From an uncultured Chloroflexia bacterium (GTDB taxonomy: Bacteria > Chloroflexota > Limnocylindria > Limnocylindrales > CSP1-4), in the NCBI GenBank assembly GCA_963763775.1, contig CAVXPZ010000003.1:672001-736000 (forward strand): a stretch of 64,000 nt of DNA. Direction: 5' to 3'. The notes under the pieces are model-generated. The model ran no database searches, had not been told where the DNA came from, and was given only the letters and a program-made list of their open reading frames with translations. The position numbers were made by a program, and so were the translations under genes. This document shows positions 21,725 through 31,061 of the stretch, piece after piece; the first letter of the stretch is position 1; each line of letters opens with the position of its first letter.

Positions 21725-22932
21725 GCGACTACACGCGGACGCTGCTGCCGATCCGCTGGCCGGATCGGCCGAACGCCGCGTACGACGTCGTGATCATCGG
21801 CGGCGGCGGGCACGGGCTCTCGACCGCCTACCACCTCGCCACGCGCCACGGCATCACGAACGTGGCCGTCGTCGAGGCCGACTACATCGCGAGCGGCAAC
21901 ACCGGACGGAACACGACGATCATCCGCGCGAACTACGGCATCCCGGAGGCGATCCGGTTCTACCAGCACTCGCTCGAGCTGTACCAGGGCCTCGAAGCCG
22001 AGACCGGCGCCGACATCCTCCACCAGACCAAGGGCATCGTCTGGCTCGCCCATACCGAGATGGCCATGCGCACCGAGCGGGCCCGCTGCGCGATGAACCA
22101 GGCCTGCGGCGCGCAGACCTTCATGCGGACGCCCGAGGAGCTCAAGGCGATCGTCCCGCAGCTCGACCTGACGGGTGGTGGCCGATACCCGGTCCTCGGC
22201 GGGTCGCACCATGTCGAAGGTGCGACCGCGCGCCATGACCGGGTCGCCTGGGCCTATGCCGCCCTCGCGTCGCAGCGCGGCGTGGACCTCCTGCAGCACA
22301 CCACGGTGACGGGCATGCGCCTCGAGGGCGACCGGGTCGTCGGCGTCGAGACGAGCCGCGGGCCGATCGCGGCCGGCGTCATCCTCTCCGCAGCCGGCGG
22401 CCGTGTCACGCAGGTCGCGGCGATGGCCGGCGTCCGCCTCCCCGTCCGCACCCACCCGCTCCACGCGTTCGTGACCAACGACCACGCGCCGGGCTTCCCG
22501 ATCATCCTGGCCTCGACCGAGCTGGCCTGTTACGTCTCGCAGACGGACCGGGGCCAGATGCTCATCGGGGCCGAGTTCGACAGCCAGCCGTCGTACTCGC
22601 GGCAGTCGTCGTTCGCGGCGCTGCGCTCGTATACCTACAAGATCACCCGCCTGCTCCCGTTCCTGGGCGAACTGCGGATCCTCCGGCAATGGGCCGGGAT
22701 CTGCGACATCTCGGTGGACTACAGCCCGATCATGAGCGCGACCGGCGTCGATGGCTTCTACGTCACGACCGGGTGGGGGACCTGGGGCTTCAAGGCGATC
22801 CCCGCGGGTGGGGAGGGGATGGCCGAGCTCATCGCCACGGGGCGGCCGTCGCCGCGCATCGCGCCATTCGGTCTGGATCGCTTCCGGCGCGACCACCTGC
22901 TCGCGGACGCCGGCTCGGCGGGGACGCGCTGA
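21721..22932 (+). CDS. soxB: Sarcosine oxidase beta-like FAD subunit
   Basis: IIGGGGHGLSTAYHLA, GNTGRNTTIIRANY, ARHDRVAW, GWGTWGFKAIP. Confidence 0.9.
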   Translation: MSDYTRTLLPIRWPDRPNAAYDVVIIGGGGHGLSTAYHLATRHGITNVAVVEADYIASGNTGRNTTIIRANYGIPEAIRFYQHSLELYQGLEAETGADILHQTKGIVWLAHTEMAMRTERARCAMNQACGAQTFMRTPEELKAIVPQLDLTGGGRYPVLGGSHHVEGATARHDRVAWAYAALASQRGVDLLQHTTVTGMRLEGDRVVGVETSRGPIAAGVILSAAGGRVTQVAAMAGVRLPVRTHPLHAFVTNDHAPGFPIILASTELACYVSQTDRGQMLIGAEFDSQPSYSRQSSFAALRSYTYKITRLLPFLGELRILRQWAGICDISVDYSPIMSATGVDGFYVTTGWGTWGFKAIPAGGEGMAELIATGRPSPRIAPFGLDRFRRDHLLADAGSAGTR

Positions 22933-23174
22933 TGCCCTGGCTCGACTGCCCACGCTGTGGCCGGCGCCCGCTCGACGAGTTCGTGTTCGGCGGCGAGCGA
23001 CGGCGCGTCCCCGACTCGATCACCGACCCGGACGAGCGCGACTTCGACGAGGTCTGGGTCTTCGAGAACCCCGACGGGCCGACGACGGAGCGCTGGTTCC
23101 ACGCGTTCGGCTGCCGACGCTGGCTGACGGCCCGCCGCGACACGAGCATCGACGTCGTCCTGGAGGTGCGCTGA
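22932..23174 (+). CDS. soxD: Sarcosine oxidase delta subunit
   Basis: CPRCGRR..EF..GGE, ERWFH..GCRRW..RDT; TGATG coupling on both sides. Confidence 0.9.
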   Translation: MPWLDCPRCGRRPLDEFVFGGERRRVPDSITDPDERDFDEVWVFENPDGPTTERWFHAFGCRRWLTARRDTSIDVVLEVR

Positions 23175-24359
23175 TGGGCTCGCTCGCGGAGCGACGATTC
23201 GAGATGACCCTGCGGAATCGGGTCCTGTTCGGCGTCGGGGAGATCGAGCGACTCCCTGAGGTCGTCGGCGCGGTCGGCGGCTCGCGGGTCTTCGTCGTGA
23301 CGGACCCCGGCGTCCAGCGATCGGGCGTCATCGACCACGTGCTCGAGATCCTCCAGCGTGCCGGGGTCCCGGCCGGCGTGTTCGCGGACGTCGAGCCGAA
23401 CCCGGGCGCCACGACCGTCGAGCGGGGAGCCGTCGCGCTCGTCGACTTCGGGCTCGAAGGGACCGTCGTCGTCCCGGTCGGTGGTGGCTCGGCGATGGAC
23501 ACGGCCAAGGCCCTTGACCTGCGCGCGGCCAACCCGGCCGGCGCGATCTGGGACCTGCCGTACGACGGTGCGGACCTCGCCCCAGGACGGCCGCTCATCG
23601 CCGTACCGACCACGGCCGGGACCGGAGCCGAGACCAACAGCTACGGGGTCATCACCGACGAATCGGCCGGGCGCAAGGGCTACATCGGCCATCCGAGCCT
23701 GCTGCCCGCCGTGACGATCCTCGACCCGCGCCTGACCGTCGGCCTGCCGGCGGCCGCCACGGCGGCGACCGGCGTCGATGCGATGACGCACTCGCTCGAG
23801 TCGCTGCTGTCCGCGAACCCGAACCCGTTCGCCGAGGCCGTCGCGCTCGGCGTCATCCGGACGGTCGGCACGTGGCTGCGCCGCGCCGTCGCGGACGGCA
23901 CGGACCTCGAGGCGCGCTCGCAGATGCTCATGGCGTCGCACCTCGCCGGGGTGGGGCAGGCGAGCGGCACGGGGGTGGGGCTGGTCCACGCGCTCGGGCA
24001 CGCGATCGGGACCCGGGGCCGGGTCGCGCACGGGACGGCGCTCGCCGCGGTCCTGCCGGAAGTGCTCCGCTTCTATCTCGGGCGACGCGACCGGGAGCTC
24101 GCGCTCGTCGGGATCGCGCTCGGTGTCGCCATCGGCTCGGAGCTGGAGGCGACGGCCGCCGCCGTCGCGGTCGGGGCGATCGACCAGCTCCTCCGCGACG
24201 TCGGCCAGCGCCCGACGCTGCGCGCCCTCGGGCTCGCCGATATCGCCGATATCGACCTGATCGTCAGCGACGCCCTCGACGACGCCGCGATCCGCAACTC
24301 GCCGCGGCTGCCGTCAGGCGGACGAGGCGCGCGCGATCCTGGTGTCGATCGCCGGCTGA
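23174..24359 (+). CDS. Iron-containing alcohol dehydrogenase (GbsB/choline-dehydrogenase-like), frameshift near 24318
   Basis: VTDPG, VEPNP, GGGSAMDTAK, PTTAGTGAE, DAMTHSLE, LVHALGH, HG, NSPR. Confidence 0.9.
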
Positions 24360-24387
24360 GCCCGGGCCGAGCCGGGTCGAGACGGCC

Positions 24388-25338
24388 TCAGCCGCGGTCG
24401 ACGAGCGGCTTCACCTGGCCCACGAACCGCTCGAGCGTCTCGGTGTCGAACGGCGCCGGCTGTTCGGAGATGACGGTCGTGAAGCCGAGCTCCACGTACG
24501 GCATCAGCTTCTCGGCGAGCTGCTCGGGCGTGCCGTTCCAGAACGTGTCGTCGTCCTCGACCTCGGAGAGCGGCGTCCGGTTGTGGGCCATGGCGGCCTC
24601 GCAGACCCGGACGGCCTCGGCCTCGGAGTCGCGGATCGTGAACTTGACGCCGAGCGTGAACTCGATGTCCGCGATGTCCCGGCCGACGGCGTCGCAGTGG
24701 CCGCGGAGCACGTCGATCTTGTGCGCCATCATCGGGACGGGGCCCATCGCGTTCCACATGTCGGCGTACTTGGCGACGGATCGGAGGGTCTTCTTCTCGC
24801 CCGACCCGCCGATCATGATCGGGAGGTGCGGCTGCACCGGCAGGGGCGCGTGGACCAGGTCGTCGAACGCGTAATGGCCGCCCGGCGCCGACGTCACGTG
24901 CTCGCCGTCGAGCAACGCCCGGATCGCGCCGGCGGATTCGTCCATCCAGTCGAGACGCTGGCCGAACCCGGTCCCGAAGTCGATGCCATGCGCCTGGTGC
25001 TCCAGGTCCATCCAGGCGCCGCCGATGCCCAGGATGGCCCGGCCGCCGCTGATGTGGTCCAGGGTCGCCACGGTCTTCGCGACCAGGCCCGGGTTGCGGA
25101 ACGTGTTGGCGCCGACCAGCAGGCCGAGCCGTGTGTGCTCGGTGGACGCGCCCCACGCGGCCAGCGACGTCCAGCCCTCGAAGATGGGCTGGTACGGATC
25201 GCCGAAGATCGCGTAGAGGTGGTCCCAGCTCCAGAGGTGGTCGTAGCCGAGACGGTCCACGAGCTTGGCGGCCTCGAGCTGCTCCGGCCAGCTGGCGCCC
25301 TGGTTCCAGAGCAGGATCCCGGTCTTCAGGTCGGTCAA
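24388..25338 (-). CDS. LLM-class (probably F420-dependent) oxidoreductase
   Basis: GYDHLWSWDH, FRNPGLVAK, LDHISGGRAILGIGGAW, IMIGGSGEKKTL. Confidence 0.9.
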   Translation of the reverse strand: MTDLKTGILLWNQGASWPEQLEAAKLVDRLGYDHLWSWDHLYAIFGDPYQPIFEGWTSLAAWGASTEHTRLGLLVGANTFRNPGLVAKTVATLDHISGGRAILGIGGAWMDLEHQAHGIDFGTGFGQRLDWMDESAGAIRALLDGEHVTSAPGGHYAFDDLVHAPLPVQPHLPIMIGGSGEKKTLRSVAKYADMWNAMGPVPMMAHKIDVLRGHCDAVGRDIADIEFTLGVKFTIRDSEAEAVRVCEAAMAHNRTPLSEVEDDDTFWNGTPEQLAEKLMPYVELGFTTVISEQPAPFDTETLERFVGQVKPLVDRG

Positions 25339-25394
25339 CGTGGGGGCCTCCGGATGGGCGGTGGGGAGGCCCCCAGTCTAGGGCCGCGGCCGTC

Positions 25395-26213
25395 TCAAGG
25401 CAGCGACTGGACGTCCTGCTCGATGAGGGTGCGGTCCTCGGCGTTGCCGATCCCGTCGAGCGACGCGACGGCCTTCGCCTTCCACTCGGCGGCCGCGCTC
25501 GTGTCGCCCGCGGTCACGCACGCCCGGGCCATCCCCTCATAGGCGGCTGGCAGGTCCCAGTCCTCGCGGTCCTCGTCGGCCTCCGCGAGTTCCACGCAGC
25601 GTCGGGCGTGCCAGAGCGCCGGCTCGGCGCGGCCCAGGACCGAGTAGACGCGCGCGCACTGCCACTCGCCGCGCGCGAGGTGGATGTCGTCGGCGAGCTC
25701 GCCCCAGTGATAGCGCGAGGCGTGCGCGGCGTGGATCATCTCGTCGTCCTGGGCGGCCGTCCGGGGATGCGTCTCGAGCAGCGTCCAGGTGTGGTTGAAC
25801 AGCCCGGCGGCGAGCGCTCGGCGCGTCGCCTGGTCGAGTTCGGGCGGACCGGGTGGCTTGGTCACGATGGGCTCCTTTCGTTCGACGACGCCCCGCACGT
25901 GGTGCAGGACGCGTTGGAGTCGGTAGGTCCGCGCCTCGATCCTGGCGCGATGGGCGTCGAGCCGCCGGGCCCGCTCGGCCGGGTCATCCGCGGCGAGCAC
26001 GTCGCGGATCTCCTCGAGCGGGACCTCCAGTTCGCGGAGGCGCGCGATCGTCTGCGCATCCCCGAGCTGGCTCGTGCGGTAGCGTCGGTAGCCGGTCATC
26101 TCGTCGATCTCGGCCGGCCGCAGCAGGTCGAGCTCGTCGTAGTGGCGCAGCGCTCCGACGCTCAGCCCGGCGAGCCGGGCGAACCGTCCGATCGACAGCA
26201 GGTCGTCGTCCAT
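25395..26213 (-). CDS. MerR family regulator fused to a helical C-terminal domain
   Basis: SIGRFARLAGLS..LRHYDE..TGYRRY; C-terminal FNHTW..HASRYHW..RGEW. Confidence 0.9.
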   Translation of the reverse strand: MDDDLLSIGRFARLAGLSVGALRHYDELDLLRPAEIDEMTGYRRYRTSQLGDAQTIARLRELEVPLEEIRDVLAADDPAERARRLDAHRARIEARTYRLQRVLHHVRGVVERKEPIVTKPPGPPELDQATRRALAAGLFNHTWTLLETHPRTAAQDDEMIHAAHASRYHWGELADDIHLARGEWQCARVYSVLGRAEPALWHARRCVELAEADEDREDWDLPAAYEGMARACVTAGDTSAAAEWKAKAVASLDGIGNAEDRTLIEQDVQSLP

Positions 26214-26219
26214 GGCGCC

Positions 26220-26250
26220 ATCGTGGACCCTCGGGTAGCCCGAGAGTCAA
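26220..26250 (-). promoter_or_regulatory. MerR-type promoter/operator with a 19-bp spacer
   Basis: TTGACT-19 nt-CACGAT, 6 nt before ATG; dyad CTCGGG-N3-CCCGAG in the spacer. Confidence 0.85.
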
Positions 26251-26259
26251 GCCCTCGAT

Positions 26260-26538
26260 TCAGGCGTTGTCGAGTTCGCGGTCGATGGCGCGGAGGATGA
26301 AGCGCGACGCCTCGGCGCTCTTGCCGCCGAGCTTCTGGTCGTCGTCCTGCTCGAGGGCGACCATCAGGTCGCCGAGGTACTGGTCCATCGACGGCGTCCG
26401 CTCGAGGTCGCCGGCCGCGAAGGCCGCGTCGAGCCGGTCCGCCACGGCACGGGCGTTGTCCACGGCGTGGCCCTTGGCCGCGATCAGCTCGCGGACCTCC
26501 GAACGCGCGGCCTCGGCCGCCGGTCCCTGGGTCGTCAT
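26260..26538 (-). CDS. Small hypothetical protein (92 aa)
   Basis: MTTQGPAAEAARSEV...RELDNA; GGAGG RBS; ATGA overlap with the upstream GNAT gene. Confidence 0.7.
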   Translation of the reverse strand: MTTQGPAAEAARSEVRELIAAKGHAVDNARAVADRLDAAFAAGDLERTPSMDQYLGDLMVALEQDDDQKLGGKSAEASRFILRAIDRELDNA

Positions 26539-27224
26539 CGCCACCTCCCGATCACGCGCCGCAGCCGGTCCGACGCACCCGCGGCGACCGGTTCCTCGAG
26601 GTCCGTTCCCGCGGCAGGTGCCGCCTCGAGGCTGCGCGCGTGGCGATCGACGGCCGGCCCGGCATCCCGTCGCTTCCGCCAGTCCGACTCGAGCACGCTC
26701 ATGGCCAGCTCGTCCCACCATCGGCCGTCGCGCCAGATCGACTCGCGCGCCCGTCCCTCGATGACGAAGCCGCAACGCTGGTAGGCGCGAACGGCCCGCA
26801 CGTTGAACTCGAAGACGAACAGCGCGATGCGGTGCAGCCCGAGCGTCCCGAAGGCGTGGTCGAGCATCAGCTGGGTCGCCTCGGTGCCGTAGCCGTGGCC
26901 CCACGCATCGGACTCCCCGATCGTGATGTGGAACAGGGCCGAGCCGTTCTCCGCGTCGAGCTGGCTGAAGGCGCACGTGCCGATCAGCCGGTCCGTCGCC
27001 TTGATGTGGACCGCCATGGCCAGTGCCTCGGTGCCGAGCACGCGGGAACGGAAGAACCGCTCGATCTCCTCCGGCCGCATCGGGGTCTCCTGGTAGCGCG
27101 CGAGGCGGGCGATCTCGCGGTCGGCGTACCAGCGTCGGAAGGCGGTCAGGTTCTCCGGCACGTGTCGTCGCAGGACGACCGTCGAACCGGCGATCGATGT
27201 CGGGAACCACGTCCGATCCGCCAT
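26535..27224 (-). CDS. RimJ/RimL-type GNAT acetyltransferase
   Basis: WGHGYGTEA, LHRIAL, NVRAVRAYQRCGF, EGRARE. Confidence 0.88.
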   Translation of the reverse strand: MADRTWFPTSIAGSTVVLRRHVPENLTAFRRWYADREIARLARYQETPMRPEEIERFFRSRVLGTEALAMAVHIKATDRLIGTCAFSQLDAENGSALFHITIGESDAWGHGYGTEATQLMLDHAFGTLGLHRIALFVFEFNVRAVRAYQRCGFVIEGRARESIWRDGRWWDELAMSVLESDWRKRRDAGPAVDRHARSLEAAPAAGTDLEEPVAAGASDRLRRVIGRWR

Positions 27225-27251
27225 GGGAGGGCACGGTATACCATCCCCGCC

Positions 27252-28964
27252 ATGCGCCGCTGGAGCGAGCTGGCGGAACGCCTTGCGGCCACCACCCGGA
27301 CGTCCGAGAAGACCGCGCTGCTCGCCGACTACCTCCGCAGCCTGACGCCCGACGAGCTGCCGATCGCGGCGGTCTTCCTCACGGGCCGCCCCTTCGCCGA
27401 GGCGGACCAGCGGTCAGCTGGCCTCGGCTGGTCCGCGATCGTCACGACCATCGCGGAGATCGCGGGTGTCGAGCGCTCCGCCCTCGGTGCCGCGTACGAC
27501 CGGCACTCGGACCTGGGCCTCGCGGTCGCCGACGTCCTGGAGGCGGCGGGCCACGATCCCGCCGACCCGCCGCCGACGCTCCCCGAGGTCGCCGCCACCT
27601 ACGCCGCCATCGAGACCGCGTCCGGCCCGTCCCGCAAGTCTGCGATCCTCCGTGACCTCCTGGTCCGGTCGGATCCCCTCACCGCGAAGTACGTCGTCAA
27701 GGTCCTCGCCGGCGAGCTGCGGATCGGCCTGCGCGAAGGGTTGCTCGAGGCCGCGATCGCCCAGGCCTTCGACCGCCCGCTCGATGCGGTCAAGTGGGCC
27801 GGGATGCTGGCTGGAGACATCGGCCGGCTCGCGTCGCTCGCGCGCGACGACCAGCTCGACCAGGCGACGATGACCCTCTTCCACCCGCTCAAGTCCATGC
27901 TGGCGTCGCCCGCCGAGGATGCGGACGAGATCATCCGGCGCCTTGGCCCGGAGGTCTGGGTCGAGGACAAGTACGACGGGATCCGGGCGCAGCTCCACAA
28001 GCAGGGCGCTGACGTCCGGCTCTTCTCCCGCGACCTCCACGACATCACCGGGCAGTTCCCGGAGGTGGCCGAGGCGGCTCGACCGCTCGCCTGGGACGGC
28101 ATCCTCGACGGCGAGATCCTGGCCTGGAAGGACGGCGGCGTCCTGCCGTTCGTGAGCCTCCAGGCGCGACTCGGTCGCAAGGACCCTACGGACGAGATCC
28201 GCGCCCAGGTCCCGGTCATCTACGTGGCGTTCGACGTCCTCGCCGTGGGGCCGGGCGACGGGGCCCCGGTCGACCCGCTGTTGCGGGAGCCGCTCACCGA
28301 GCGACGGCGCCGCCTCGATGTGCTCGACCTGCCCCTGGCCGCTGCCGGAGGCCGGTTCGCGCGTTCGAACCTGGTCGCCGCGGCCGATGCCGACGCCCTC
28401 GAGGCGGCCTTCTCGGCCGCCCGCGCGCGACGCAATGAAGGCCTCATGGTCAAGGACCCCACGAGCGGCTACTCCCCGGGCCGCCGAGGCCTCGGCTGGC
28501 TGAAGATGAAGAAGGCCCTCGCGACCATCGACTGCGTCGTCGTCGGCGTCGAGGTGGGCCACGGCAAGCGGCATGGCGTCCTGTCGGACTACACGTTCGC
28601 CGTCCGCGACACGGCCAACGACCGATTCGTCACGATCGGCAAGGCGTACAGCGGCCTGACCGACGCGGAGATCGCGGACATGACCCGCTGGTTCGAGGCG
28701 CACACGGTCGCGCAGTTCGGCCGGTACCGGCAGGTGGAGCCGACGGTCGTCGTGGAGATCGGCTTCGACGTGATCCTGCGGTCCAACCGCCACAAGTCGG
28801 GGTTCTCGCTGCGCTTCCCGCGCATCGTCAACCTCCGCCCCGACAAGACGCCCGACGAGATCGACACGATCGAGACGGTGACGGCCCTCTACGAGGGTCT
28901 CCAGGACGGCGCGGAGCACCTGGTGACCGCCGCGGCCCGCGCCGCGGATGCCGCTACCGACTAG
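27252..28964 (+). CDS. lig: ATP-dependent DNA ligase (LigB-like)
   Basis: EDKYDGIR, FSR, LDGE, FDVL, EGLMVK, WLKMK, LRFPR..R.DK. Confidence 0.93.
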   Translation: MRRWSELAERLAATTRTSEKTALLADYLRSLTPDELPIAAVFLTGRPFAEADQRSAGLGWSAIVTTIAEIAGVERSALGAAYDRHSDLGLAVADVLEAAGHDPADPPPTLPEVAATYAAIETASGPSRKSAILRDLLVRSDPLTAKYVVKVLAGELRIGLREGLLEAAIAQAFDRPLDAVKWAGMLAGDIGRLASLARDDQLDQATMTLFHPLKSMLASPAEDADEIIRRLGPEVWVEDKYDGIRAQLHKQGADVRLFSRDLHDITGQFPEVAEAARPLAWDGILDGEILAWKDGGVLPFVSLQARLGRKDPTDEIRAQVPVIYVAFDVLAVGPGDGAPVDPLLREPLTERRRRLDVLDLPLAAAGGRFARSNLVAAADADALEAAFSAARARRNEGLMVKDPTSGYSPGRRGLGWLKMKKALATIDCVVVGVEVGHGKRHGVLSDYTFAVRDTANDRFVTIGKAYSGLTDAEIADMTRWFEAHTVAQFGRYRQVEPTVVVEIGFDVILRSNRHKSGFSLRFPRIVNLRPDKTPDEIDTIETVTALYEGLQDGAEHLVTAAARAADAATD

Positions 28965-28967
28965 CGG

Positions 28968-29810
28968 TCAGCGCTCGACGGGCAGATCCAGGCGGTTCCC
29001 CCATTCGGCCCAGCCGCCGTCGTACACCGCGACGTCCTCGTGGCCGAGCAGCATCAGCACGTACGCGAGCTTCGCCGCGGCGACACCGGAGCCGTCGTAG
29101 CAGACCATCCGCCGACCACGGGTCACGTTCGCCGTGTGGAGGAGGTCGCGCAGCGGTCCTCCATCGCGGAGCTGCTGGCCCCCCGGCTGGCTCGTCGCCC
29201 CGACGGGGACGTTCACGGCGCCCGGGATGTGCCCGAGCCGTTTCGTGTTGCCCTCGAAGCCCTTGAACTCGGCCGCGGCCCGCGCGTCGAGGAGGGTGAC
29301 ATCCGGCGCCCCGAGGAGACCGCGGACGTCGCCGGTGGTCAGGCGCATCTGGTTCGGGGCACGCAGCGCGAGTGTCGTCGGCTCCGGGTGCACCTCGGCG
29401 TTCGAGATCGGGCGGCCCTCCTGGGCCCAGACCGGGAACCCGCCGTCGAGGACGCGGACCGATTCGAGGCCGTACGTCCGCAGGCTCCACCACGTTCGCG
29501 CGGCGAACAGGCTCTGGCTGTCGTCGTACACCACGACCGTGCTGCCGTCACCGATCCCGAGCCGCCGGGCGAGGGCCGCGACCCGGTCGGGGGAGGCGAG
29601 CAGCAGCACGTCGCCGCCGTCCCCCTCGTCGACGAGGTCCACCCGCCAGTCGACGTGGACGGCACCCGGGATGTGGCCCGCGGCATAGACCGATGGGGCG
29701 CTCCCGTCGGGGCGCCAGCGCGCGTCCACGACCCGGATGCCCGGGCGCCCGGACTGCTCGGCGAGCCATTCGGTCGTGGCCAGGTGTTCGGGTCGGGCCA
29801 GGCCGCTCAT
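28968..29810 (-). CDS. Tandem-domain rhodanese/sulfurtransferase-like protein with Asp at the catalytic Cys position
   Basis: GHIPGA twice, VVYDD, ARTWW, LDGG, YDGSGVAA, YDGGWAEW. Confidence 0.88.
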   Translation of the reverse strand: MSGLARPEHLATTEWLAEQSGRPGIRVVDARWRPDGSAPSVYAAGHIPGAVHVDWRVDLVDEGDGGDVLLLASPDRVAALARRLGIGDGSTVVVYDDSQSLFAARTWWSLRTYGLESVRVLDGGFPVWAQEGRPISNAEVHPEPTTLALRAPNQMRLTTGDVRGLLGAPDVTLLDARAAAEFKGFEGNTKRLGHIPGAVNVPVGATSQPGGQQLRDGGPLRDLLHTANVTRGRRMVCYDGSGVAAAKLAYVLMLLGHEDVAVYDGGWAEWGNRLDLPVER

Positions 29811-29828
29811 CGTCGGTATCATACGGCC
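29811..29828. promoter_or_regulatory. Overlapping bidirectional -10 boxes driving two leaderless genes
   Basis: + TATCAT 29817-22, 6 nt before GTG 29829; - TATGAT 29823-18, 7 nt before ATG 29810. Confidence 0.7.
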
Positions 29829-31061
29829 GTGGTCGTCCCCTTCTCGCCCGACGCCGAGCGCCTCGCCGCGGTCCGAGACGCGCTGCCCGCGCTCGGGGCC
29901 GGGATCTACCTGAACACGGGGTCGGTCGGCCCGCTGCCCGCCGAGACCGCCGCGGTGATGGCCGAGATGGCCGAGCACGAGCTGCGCGTCGGCCGCGGGC
30001 ACATGGACGGCTACCCGGAGTTGCTCCAGCGGCTCGCGGAGGCGAGGGCCTCGGTCGCCGCCGTCCTCACCACGGACCCCTCGGCGATCGCGCTGAGCCA
30101 CTCCACGACGGACGGCGTCAATGCCTTCGTCCTCGCGCTGGACCTGCGGGCGGGCGATCACATCGTCACGACTCGTCAGGAGCACCCGGGCATCCTCGGG
30201 CCGGTCGCGACCGCGAAGGCGCGCGGCGTCGAGGTCGCCTACGTGGACATCGGCGACGGCGGCGACGACCAACGGACGCTCGCGGCGATCGAGGCGGCGA
30301 TGACCGAGCGGACCAGGCTGGTCGCGGTGTCGCACGTGCTCTGGACGACCGGGGCGGTGCTCCCCATCGCGCGCATCGCCGAGATCGCCCACGACCATGG
30401 CGCGCGCATCGTGATCGACGGGGCACAGAGTGCCGGTGCCATCGCGATCGACCTCGACGCGACCGGGGCCGACGGCTACGCGATCCCCGCGCAGAAGTGG
30501 CTCCTGGGACCCGAAGGGATGGGGGCACTGGCCGTGCGCCCGTCGATCGTCGGGGACCTGACGCCCGCCCTCGGCGGCTACCTCAGCCTCGAGTCGTTCG
30601 ACCCAGCCGGCGCCGCCGTCTTCCAGCCGGATGCGCGCCGGTTCGAGTGGTCCGGCTGGCACCGCCCGTCCGTGGTGGGGATGGCCCGCTCGATCTCCTG
30701 GCTCTCGATGTTCGTCGGGCTCGACTGGGTCTATGCGCGCGGCGGGGCGATGGCCCGTGCCGCCGCCGACCGACTCGCGGCGATCCCGGGCGTGGAGGTC
30801 CTGACCCCCAGCCACCAGATGGCGACGCTGGTGACGTTCCGGATCGACGGCTGGACCCAGGGGGAGGCCATGGCCGAGCTCGGCGCGCGGGTGTTCGCGA
30901 TCATCCGGACCATCGATGCCCTCGAGGCGATCCGCATCAGCGTCGGCTTCTTCACGGGCGACGAGGAGCTCGACCGGTTCCTGGAGGCGGTGGAGCTGCT
31001 GGCCACGCATACGCCGGAGACGATCCCGCCACGCCGGACCCTCACGATCCTCCCGGGATGA
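29829..31061 (+). CDS. Class V PLP-dependent enzyme (cysteine/cystine C-S lyase, EgtE/CefD-like)
   Basis: YLNTGS.GP, EHP, SHV..TG, DGAQSAG, QKWLLGPEG; no C-terminal catalytic Cys loop. Confidence 0.88.
   Translation: MVVPFSPDAERLAAVRDALPALGAGIYLNTGSVGPLPAETAAVMAEMAEHELRVGRGHMDGYPELLQRLAEARASVAAVLTTDPSAIALSHSTTDGVNAFVLALDLRAGDHIVTTRQEHPGILGPVATAKARGVEVAYVDIGDGGDDQRTLAAIEAAMTERTRLVAVSHVLWTTGAVLPIARIAEIAHDHGARIVIDGAQSAGAIAIDLDATGADGYAIPAQKWLLGPEGMGALAVRPSIVGDLTPALGGYLSLESFDPAGAAVFQPDARRFEWSGWHRPSVVGMARSISWLSMFVGLDWVYARGGAMARAAADRLAAIPGVEVLTPSHQMATLVTFRIDGWTQGEAMAELGARVFAIIRTIDALEAIRISVGFFTGDEELDRFLEAVELLATHTPETIPPRRTLTILPG

Noticed and set aside
29081-29110. Possible selenocysteine in the rhodanese active site
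   Set aside because: The codon is GAC (Asp), not TGA.
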